A stretch of 64,000 bases of DNA from an uncultured Bacteroidales bacterium. Its GTDB lineage: Bacteria; Bacteroidota; Bacteroidia; Bacteroidales; FEN-979. The stretch covers positions 24,853-88,852 of the forward strand of contig CAISRB010000032.1 in the NCBI GenBank assembly GCA_903887775.1. Reading direction: 5' to 3'. The notes beneath the pieces are model-generated. The model worked only from the letters and a program-made list of their open reading frames with translations, was not told where the DNA came from and searched no databases. The translations under genes and the position numbers were made by a program. Of this stretch, positions 57,237-64,000 are shown in pieces; position 1 is the stretch's first letter; the number at the start of each line of letters is the position of its first letter.

Positions 57237-57507
57237 CGAGCAGTGAGGTAGCGAAATCGCTCGCAATCTTGCACCGCTTCTACGGTGTCGCTTACGCTCG
57301 CAACTTCACACCGCCGCTACGGTGTCACTTCATTCCACCTGATGCGGCTTGTGTGAATTGCTCCCTTCGCTCCACCTGAGGCAGCTAGTGCAAATTGCTT
57401 CGCTCCAATAATTTCGCTTTTCGCTTTTCGCTTTTCGCTTTTCGCTTTTCGCTTTTCGCTTTTCGCTTTTCGCTTTTCGCTTTTCGCTTTTCGCTTTTCG
57501 CTTTTCG
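57237..57507. repeat. composite dispersed intergenic repeat, copy C, plus about 13.5 x GCTTTTC heptamer array
   Basis: 57237-57413 is homologous to 34210-34424 (e.g. TCCACCTGATGCGGCTTGTGTGAATTGCTCCCT at 57334-57366). 57414-57508 is (TCGCTTT)n. GTGAGGTAGCG (57243-57253) is inverted as CGCTACCTCAC (57514-57524), inside the hutI 3' end. Confidence 0.88.
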
Positions 57508-58761
57508 CTACCTCGCTACCTCACCATTTAGTATCACTGTCTCGACCTTATTGCTGCCATAGGCATACGGCATAAACTCATAGGAAGGGATAGGTTTGGT
57601 AATAAAGAGGTTTGCCTTTTTGCCCACCGCTATGCTTCCGTATTCCTCGCTCAGGCCCATGGCATAAGCCGAGTTAATAGTGACCGCGTTGATGGCTTCT
57701 TCGGGCAGCATACGGTACTTGATACAGGCCATTGAAAGGACAAACTGCATATTTCCTGATGGAGACGAACCGGGGTTAAAGTCACTGGCCATCGCCACAG
57801 GCAGTCCCGCATCAATCATCTTCCGTACCGGTGCATATCCAAGTCCCAGGAAAAAAGCGGCGCCGGGGAGGACTGTCGGCATAGTCTCCGATCCAAGCAG
57901 GCATTCTATCTCGGCATCGCCGGTACATTCGAGGTGATCCACCGAAAGCGCATTGTATTTAACACCAAGCTGTACACCACCTGAGAAATACATCTCATTC
58001 GCATGGATCTTCGGTCTCATCCCGTATTTCATCCCTGCGGTGAGGATACGCTCGGTATCTTCAACCGTGAAGAATCCTCTTTCGCAGAACACATCAATAT
58101 AATCGGACAGTTCCTCAACGGCCACCTGGGGTATCATTTCGTTGATCACAAGGTCGACAAATTCCGTTTGCCTGCCTTTATACTCTAAGGGTACGGCATG
58201 TGCCCCAAGAAAAGTGGGGACCAGTTTAAGGGGAGTCAGGTCCTGCAACCTGCGGATGACTTTCAGCATCTTCAGCTCATCCGCTGTACTCAATCCATAC
58301 CCGCTCTTGATCTCAACAGCTCCTGTTCCCAGTATCATGATCTCTCTCAGCCGTGGCAGTGCATTTTCAATAAGTTCTTCTTCTGATGCCTTCTGCAGCC
58401 TTCGGGCAGAGTTCAGTATCCCTCCTCCCCTTGCAGCGATTTCTTCATAGGACAGCCCCCTGATCTTGTCGATATATTCTATCTCTCTGTTCCCGGCATA
58501 AACCAAATGCGTATGTGAATCGCAGAAAGAAGGAAAAACCATGCGATCAGCGGCATCAAGCACATTCATCTTCATTCCCATGGAGTTACCATATTCAGGA
58601 ATATCTTTCATCTTCCCGAAATCGCTGATCCTGTCACCTTCTATATAAACCCAGGCATCCCTGATGGTGTTAAGTTTTGCCATGCCTGATCCCTCAACCT
58701 TCAGCCTTGGTTTTTTCTCAACCTGAACGAGCTCCCGGATATTTTTAATCAACAGAGCCAT
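57508..58761 (-). CDS. hutI: imidazolonepropionase
   Basis: 417 aa amidohydrolase with the DSHTHLVYAGNR metal site. The length and motifs are typical of HutI. Confidence 0.95.
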   Translation of the reverse strand: MALLIKNIRELVQVEKKPRLKVEGSGMAKLNTIRDAWVYIEGDRISDFGKMKDIPEYGNSMGMKMNVLDAADRMVFPSFCDSHTHLVYAGNREIEYIDKIRGLSYEEIAARGGGILNSARRLQKASEEELIENALPRLREIMILGTGAVEIKSGYGLSTADELKMLKVIRRLQDLTPLKLVPTFLGAHAVPLEYKGRQTEFVDLVINEMIPQVAVEELSDYIDVFCERGFFTVEDTERILTAGMKYGMRPKIHANEMYFSGGVQLGVKYNALSVDHLECTGDAEIECLLGSETMPTVLPGAAFFLGLGYAPVRKMIDAGLPVAMASDFNPGSSPSGNMQFVLSMACIKYRMLPEEAINAVTINSAYAMGLSEEYGSIAVGKKANLFITKPIPSYEFMPYAYGSNKVETVILNGEVAR

Positions 58762-58911
58762 AAAATCCTTTTATGTTATCCATTTATTACAAAGATAAAG
58801 AATTTTTGATACCTTTGAAGCTGCTTAGTTTCGAAGATTCCGAGCCCTTAAAAAAGTATCATTTTCTGTTCCAAAATGCAAACCGATCTTCTTTAACATA
58901 AAAATCCTGTC

Positions 58912-61050
58912 ATGAGAAAGAAAATTACCCTCGTCATATTGCTGCTTTCAGCGGTTCTCTTGGTATCTGCAAAACAAGCCGATCAGTCGGTGATCCGTAA
59001 GGTCGCTCTCAGTTTTTTTTATGAGCATGCCAGGCTCAGCGAAGGCTTTAATTCCAATTTGATCGGAATAAAGGAAATGGTTCCAACCTTGCTGAATGGC
59101 CGTATCGTATATTACACCCTGACGATGAGCCCCGGTGGATGGATCGTTGTATCTGCTGACGATGCTGTGACACCTGTTCTGGCATACTCTTATGAGGATA
59201 ATCTGAATGCAGCAACCCTGCCTCCGCAATTTCTCTCATGGATGGAAAAATACCAGAAACAGATTGACGATGCAGTGAACAGGAACCTCCCGGCATCAGC
59301 CAATATCAGCGCTGCCTGGGCAAACTATGTGAACTATGACCAAAACCAGCCCCAGTCGCCGTTGAGGCTGACAGGGGTTGCCCCTTTGATCATTCATACC
59401 TGGGACCAGGGTTATCCTTATAATTTATTATGCCCGGTTGACCCGGCCGGTCCGGGAAATCATCCATGGGCGGGTTGTGTTGCCACAGCAATGTGCCAGC
59501 TGATGTATTATTACCGTTTCCCGCAAACCGGAAATGGCCAGCACTGTTACACCCCCAGCGGTTATCCTCAGCAATGCGCCGATTACGGAGCTACTGCATA
59601 TAACTGGGATGCAATGTTGAACACTTTGTCGGGAGCCAGGCCTGATAACGACAGCGCCGTCGCTCTGCTTCTGTGGCATGCGGGCATTTCAGTTAACATG
59701 ATGTATAGTCCCAGCGGTTCCGGCGCATATTCGGAAGATGCGAGAAATGCTATGGTGAATAACTTCAGGTTCAGCCAGGCTGCATCGTATATCCACCGTG
59801 GCGACTTTCCGGAATCTGCATGGGATAGCATCCTGAAAGCCAACCTCGATAAAAAAATGCCGATATACTATGATGGTTACGGCACCGGCGGCCATGCATT
59901 CAACTGCGACGGCTACGAAGGCACGAACCATTTTCATTTCAACTGGGGATGGAGCGGGACAGCTAACGGCTACTACTACCTTGATAACCTGAACCCTGCG
60001 GGGGATAATTTTTCCCAGGGCGAAGGCGCCATCGTTAACCTGTTCCCGGATAGTGTATCTAATACTTACCCTTACAACTTTCAGACCCAGTCACTGCTGA
60101 CTTCCATTTACGGTACTTTTGACGATGGGAGCGGACCTGCACTCAATTACCGGAAAAACAGCAACTCTTCCTGGCTGTTATCTCTTCAAAGCCCTGATGA
60201 TTCGGTCCAAAGCATCACCTTTACATTCAATTATTTCAATACCATTGCCGGTAGCGGGATCGTACGCATCTACAAAGGCGAAAGTACTTCTGACTCGCTG
60301 GCAGCTGAGTTTTCGGGCGAAACCATACCACCTGTCATTACCGTCAATGGCCCCAGGGCCCTCGTGACTTTCACATCCGGCTCCGGAGCTACCGGCCCGG
60401 GCTGGCTGGTCTCCTATACCGGAAAAGTCCTGGAATGGTGCAAGAATATACAAACACTGAGTGATTCAAACGGTACAGTGTCAGATGGCAGTCTTCATTT
60501 CAACTACCATAACTATTCAACCTGCCGTTGGAAAATAATTCCTTCCGCATATGAAGGTCCGCTAAATCTTTCCTTTACCTCTTTCCGCACACAGCCAGAT
60601 CATGATTATGTGCAGATCTTTGATTACGTAACAGGTGAAAACCTGGCAGAATATTCCGGCGTTTATACCGGGTCAAACTTGCCGGCTCCCGTTACCGCCC
60701 AGAGTGGTCAGATGTACGTTGTTTTTACTACCGACCAATCAGGCACTGAAGCCGGCTGGGAAGCAAGATATTCAACTTTGGTCGGCTGTGACAACAGCAA
60801 ACCTGTTCCGGAGATCCAGGTATATCCCAACCCGGCAAAAGATATTTTGTACATCCGGTCCCTGTCGGGACAAAACAATGTGCTGCAGATAGAAATCAGC
60901 GACATTAACGGGCTTCAGGTATTATCCCGTAAACTCAGTACCGGCGGCAACTCCGCAAAGCTTGATGTGTCGGAACTGAAAAGCGGCATGTATTTTCTCA
61001 GGATCACTTCAGACAGTGGAAGCGTAGTTAAGAAGATAGTGATTGAGTGA
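58912..61050 (+). CDS. C10 family (streptopain-like) cysteine peptidase with Spi-type propeptide, CUB-like domains and T9SS tail
   Basis: 712 aa with a signal peptide and an N-terminal inhibitor-like propeptide. The catalytic Cys is in WAGCVATAMCQLMYYY and the His in GGHAFNCDGY. CUB-like regions follow (CRWKIIP...YVQIFD), and the tail reads QVYPNPAKDILYI...SGMYFLRITSDSGSVVKKIVIE. Confidence 0.85.
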   Translation: MRKKITLVILLLSAVLLVSAKQADQSVIRKVALSFFYEHARLSEGFNSNLIGIKEMVPTLLNGRIVYYTLTMSPGGWIVVSADDAVTPVLAYSYEDNLNAATLPPQFLSWMEKYQKQIDDAVNRNLPASANISAAWANYVNYDQNQPQSPLRLTGVAPLIIHTWDQGYPYNLLCPVDPAGPGNHPWAGCVATAMCQLMYYYRFPQTGNGQHCYTPSGYPQQCADYGATAYNWDAMLNTLSGARPDNDSAVALLLWHAGISVNMMYSPSGSGAYSEDARNAMVNNFRFSQAASYIHRGDFPESAWDSILKANLDKKMPIYYDGYGTGGHAFNCDGYEGTNHFHFNWGWSGTANGYYYLDNLNPAGDNFSQGEGAIVNLFPDSVSNTYPYNFQTQSLLTSIYGTFDDGSGPALNYRKNSNSSWLLSLQSPDDSVQSITFTFNYFNTIAGSGIVRIYKGESTSDSLAAEFSGETIPPVITVNGPRALVTFTSGSGATGPGWLVSYTGKVLEWCKNIQTLSDSNGTVSDGSLHFNYHNYSTCRWKIIPSAYEGPLNLSFTSFRTQPDHDYVQIFDYVTGENLAEYSGVYTGSNLPAPVTAQSGQMYVVFTTDQSGTEAGWEARYSTLVGCDNSKPVPEIQVYPNPAKDILYIRSLSGQNNVLQIEISDINGLQVLSRKLSTGGNSAKLDVSELKSGMYFLRITSDSGSVVKKIVIE

Positions 61051-61064
61051 GTGGGTATTCATTC

Positions 61065-61463
61065 CTATTTATAAAGAATATCGATTTCCCCTCTCTTTTC
61101 AATGCATTCCATGAGTTTTGATTTAAGTTTCCAGCAGGTCATCTGACGTTTTTCAAGCTGGCGCGATAACTCATAGGATGATATCTCAGGATCATGGCAA
61201 ACAATATATACCATTCGCAAAGCCTCTGTGATGGGAATATGGCAGCGGTGAAAAATGGTATTCGCAGTTGCGGATTCTTCAGATTTGCAGCGCGTACATC
61301 TTCTTGAAAATGCAGTTTTACCTTTGCAGAAATTTGTGTGACCGCATTTTTTACAAACGAACCCTTCCGACCATTTTAGTTCAGAAATAAATTTATAGCA
61401 ACTTTCCTCCGTGGAGAAAAGGCTGTTGAATTGATTGACGTTCAGTTTTTTAATATTCAACAT
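61065..61463 (-). CDS. IS1595-type transposase N-terminal zinc-ribbon domain only (no DDE domain)
   Basis: 132 aa. ESCYKFISELKWSEGFVCKKCGHTNFCKG...RRCTRCKSEESATANTIFHRCHIPI matches the Zn-ribbon found at IS1595/ISXO2-like transposase N-termini. No catalytic domain or terminal inverted repeats are evident. Confidence 0.6.
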   Translation of the reverse strand: MLNIKKLNVNQFNSLFSTEESCYKFISELKWSEGFVCKKCGHTNFCKGKTAFSRRCTRCKSEESATANTIFHRCHIPITEALRMVYIVCHDPEISSYELSRQLEKRQMTCWKLKSKLMECIEKRGEIDILYK

Positions 61464-61622
61464 GCTGTTTTTAGTAAGAAAATCGCTCTCTGAGTTTTGA
61501 ATTATAACAGTTCATTGTAGTAATAATATGCAAAAATAAATAAAATAGTGATACTTATGCGATTTATAATAAATAATTTGTAATTTTGCAGCCGAAACAT
61601 CATCCATTTACAACTAAGTATT

Positions 61623-62120
61623 ATGCAAAAGATCAGCTTACTCTTCGGTTTATTTGTTCTTTACAGCCTGAATGCATGCAGCGGAACTCCGGCAGTCATG
61701 GGCGCTAATGCAACCTCTAAGAAGGCAGCTCTTGAGCTGAGCTCAGAAGGCAAAGCCGTTCACCTTGACCAGAATATTTTTCGTGAACTGGTGTGGGATT
61801 ATAAGAAAAATTCCACAAACTGGGATTTTGAAGGAGACATACCGGTTATCGTTGATTTCTATGCCGACTGGTGCCGTCCCTGCAGGGCCCTGGCCCCGAC
61901 GATGGACGAACTGGCGATGGAGTATAAAGGCAAGATCCGCATTTATAAGATCAATACTGATGAGAACAAGGAAATATCCGGGCTTCTCGGGATCAGTTCA
62001 ATTCCTGCTCTTTTATTCGTCCCGAAAGATGGAAAGCCAAGCTTTTCTCTGGGCGCTCTTCCGAAGGACAGGCTTAAAAGCATGATTGATGAGTCCCTGT
62101 TACTTCAGAAAAAGAAATAA
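61623..62120 (+). CDS. exported/lipoprotein thioredoxin-like protein
   Basis: 165 aa with signal peptide and Cys (LYSLNAC). The thioredoxin fold carries a WCRPC active site. Confidence 0.8.
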   Translation: MQKISLLFGLFVLYSLNACSGTPAVMGANATSKKAALELSSEGKAVHLDQNIFRELVWDYKKNSTNWDFEGDIPVIVDFYADWCRPCRALAPTMDELAMEYKGKIRIYKINTDENKEISGLLGISSIPALLFVPKDGKPSFSLGALPKDRLKSMIDESLLLQKKK

Positions 62121-62140
62121 TCAATTAAACAAAAACATAA

Positions 62141-62509
62141 ATGGCAACAGAACACCTGACAAAAGAGACTTTCACTGAGAAAGTATTCAATTTCGAACAG
62201 AACCAGGACTGGAAATTTGAAGGCAAACTTCCATGTATCATAGATTTTTATGCCGACTGGTGCGGCCCATGTAAAATGGTGGCCCCGATACTGGAAGACC
62301 TTTCGACTGAATATGCCGGAAAAATCAACATTTACAAAATAGATACTGAAGCAGAGCAGGAACTGGCCGGTGTTTTCGGGATCAGGAGCATTCCTTCGAT
62401 GTTGTTTTGCCCGGTCGACGGACAACCCCAGATGGCTGTAGGCGCTCTTCCGAAAGATTCATTGATACAGGCTATCGACGACGTTCTGCTGAAAAAGAAC
62501 GCAAACTGA
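62141..62509 (+). CDS. thioredoxin (cytoplasmic type)
   Basis: 122 aa with no signal peptide and a WCGPC active site. Confidence 0.85.
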   Translation: MATEHLTKETFTEKVFNFEQNQDWKFEGKLPCIIDFYADWCGPCKMVAPILEDLSTEYAGKINIYKIDTEAEQELAGVFGIRSIPSMLFCPVDGQPQMAVGALPKDSLIQAIDDVLLKKNAN

Positions 62510-62521
62510 TCTTTGAGAAGT

Positions 62522-63151
62522 ATGGCCGGTGAAGCCATCATCGTCTCTACCTCCTATCTTCCTCCTGCAAGGTATGTCTCGGTTTTGCTGAAAGCCGGGC
62601 AAATAGTCATCGAACTTGAGGAAACTTACCCTAAACAGACCTGCCGGAACCATGCCAATATTTACGGGCCAAACGGTAAACAAACTCTCAGCATTCCTGT
62701 AAATAAGCCAGGGGGAAATCATACGAAAACGAGGGATATCAGGATTTCATATGCCCTGCCCTGGCATAAAACCCACTGGAAGGCGATAGAAGCCGCCTAT
62801 AACAACTCTCCTTTTTTTCTTTACTACCAGGATTATTTCAGGCCTTTCTTTGAAAAGGAATATGATTTCCTGGCGGATCTCAATTCGGAAATACTTGAGA
62901 CCCTTTTCAGATTGCTGGGGGTTTCGAAGCAGGTCAGGTTCACCGAAACCTATGTGAAACATCCGGAAGGTATCCTGGATTTACGAACGGAGCTGACTTC
63001 CAAATATGCAGGTGTCATATGCGCTCCCTACACTCAGACTTTTACTGAAAAACATGGTTTCATTCCCAATCTCAGCATCATTGACCTGATTTTTAATTTA
63101 GGCCAGGAAACGACGGAATACCTGCTTTCGATCCCGGACAGGTTTCATTAG
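62522..63151 (+). CDS. WbqC family protein
   Basis: IVSTSYLPPARYVSVLL...IELEETYPKQTCRNHANIYGPNGKQTLSIPV resembles the WbqC-like family pattern. I prefer the ATG at 62522 to the TTG at 62513. Confidence 0.7.
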   Translation: MAGEAIIVSTSYLPPARYVSVLLKAGQIVIELEETYPKQTCRNHANIYGPNGKQTLSIPVNKPGGNHTKTRDIRISYALPWHKTHWKAIEAAYNNSPFFLYYQDYFRPFFEKEYDFLADLNSEILETLFRLLGVSKQVRFTETYVKHPEGILDLRTELTSKYAGVICAPYTQTFTEKHGFIPNLSIIDLIFNLGQETTEYLLSIPDRFH

Positions 63152-63256
63152 AGATCTCCTGCTGAGATTCCTGTGCTACGGCCTTCGACGACCCACCATC
63201 GGCGAAGATTTCCGAAAATGAATTTTATATTTCATCCGAAATAAAGTAAATATTTG

Positions 63257-63264
63257 TACCTTTG
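63257..63264 (+). promoter_or_regulatory. candidate -7 box (TACCTTTG) upstream of feoAB
   Basis: It matches TAnnTTTG, and its 3' end lies 21 nt upstream of the proposed TTG start at 63286. Confidence 0.25.
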
Positions 63265-63285
63265 CGTTAATTTAATCTAAATTAA

Positions 63286-64000
63286 TTGTCGACACTTTTT
63301 GACCTCCGGGAAGGCGAACATGGACTTATTACGAAAGTCCGCGGCCGGGGCGCGTTCCGTAAACGAATTACCGAGATGGGATTCGTCCGCGGGAAAGAAG
63401 TAACTGTCATTAAATCCGCTCCATTGCTCGATCCTGTGGAGTACAAAATACTGGGATACAACGTCTCGCTGCGCCAGACGGAGGCCCGCCTGATCGAGAT
63501 CATCCCTGTCGGGGCCGAAACCGCGTCCACATCCGCAGAAAAAGAAAAAAACCATTATAACGGCACCCTCGAGGAAGAAACCCTGAGGGAACTTGATGGA
63601 GACCGGGGAAAAACCATTGATATTGCATTGGTAGGCAATCCGAATTGCGGTAAGACAACCCTGTTCAACCATGCATCCGGATCACATGAAAGGGTAGGCA
63701 ATTTCGGAGGCGTGACCATCGACAGCAAAACTGCGAAATTCAGGCAGGGCGGGTACACATTCAACATCACCGACCTCCCCGGAACATATTCCTTAACTGC
63801 CTATTCTCCCGAGGAACTGTTTGTAAGAAAGCATATCACCGAAAATATTCCCGATATCGTTGTAAACATCATTGATGCATCGAACCTTGAGCGAAACCTT
63901 TATCTGACCACCCAGCTTATCGATATGGATATACGCGTGGTTATTGCACTCAACATGTATGATGAGTTTGAAAAGAAAGGACATGCGCTCGATTACAAAG
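63286..64000 (+). CDS. feoB: ferrous iron transporter FeoA-FeoB fusion (partial, runs off right edge)
   Basis: The frame opens right after a TAA. The only in-frame start is the TTG at 63286, giving (M)STLFDLREGEHGLITKVRGRGAFRKRITEMGFVRGKEVTVIKSAPLLDPVEYKILGYNVSLRQTEARLIEI, a FeoA domain. A linker follows, then the FeoB G-domain (IALVGNPNCGKTTLFN, DLPGTYSL). It is absent from the ORF track because no stop occurs in the window. Confidence 0.9.
   Translation, partial: MSTLFDLREGEHGLITKVRGRGAFRKRITEMGFVRGKEVTVIKSAPLLDPVEYKILGYNVSLRQTEARLIEIIPVGAETASTSAEKEKNHYNGTLEEETLRELDGDRGKTIDIALVGNPNCGKTTLFNHASGSHERVGNFGGVTIDSKTAKFRQGGYTFNITDLPGTYSLTAYSPEELFVRKHITENIPDIVVNIIDASNLERNLYLTTQLIDMDIRVVIALNMYDEFEKKGHALDYK

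Noticed and set aside
57243-57524. Whether the 57-kb repeat is a MITE, on the basis of its 11-bp terminal inverted repeat.
   Set aside because: The other two copies of the family (25167-25392 and 34210-34424) do not show the same inverted termini, and I see no target-site duplication. I kept it as an observation inside a finding but did not call it a mobile element.

Overview
The window looks like a chromosomal segment from an anaerobic member of Bacteroidota. The evidence is four ORFs ending in type-A T9SS sorting tails, a FeoA-FeoB fusion, TAnnTTTG-type -7 boxes and a HydF-type GTPase; the taxonomy is inference. I count about 45 genes, and no rRNA, tRNA, CRISPR array or intact mobile element.

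Housekeeping content: gcvT, a capD-like dehydratase, miaA, a tricorn-like protease, OsmC, a Met gamma-lyase family enzyme, a patatin/Omp85 protein, DUF349, aroC, aguA-aguB, an FMN-riboswitch-controlled ribD-ribE-ribBA-ribH operon, an SDR, FTCD and hutI, a hybrid sensor kinase, a C10 peptidase, two thioredoxins, WbqC and feoAB.

Two things stand out.

(1) Five genes end in a FISUMP domain (Fibrobacter succinogenes major paralogous domain, TIGR02145/PF09603-like).
- Two small glycine-zipper-anchored paralogs flank an HTH regulator at 8.9-12.8 kb. They share a roughly 105-bp upstream element with identical internal spacing.
- A 12-kb tandem of three giant secreted proteins (about 1135-1584 aa) lies at 37.2-49.1 kb. 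Each has a different N-terminal head, Ig/PKD-like repeats and a conserved adaptor module. A FISUMP domain sits where similar Bacteroidota surface proteins normally carry a T9SS sorting domain. A V4R-domain protein and a lipoprotein follow.
- This is my best candidate for an undescribed surface lectin/adhesin system.

(2) The intergenic architecture is unusual.
- Heptamer/octamer microsatellite arrays fill whole spacers from stop codon to stop or start codon, including two spacers inside the rib operon.
- One array is a telomere-like G-tract between an aspartase-like gene and hydF.
- A composite roughly 200-bp dispersed repeat occurs at three convergent gene junctions.

All calls come from reading the translations and sequence by eye. 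No database search was run.
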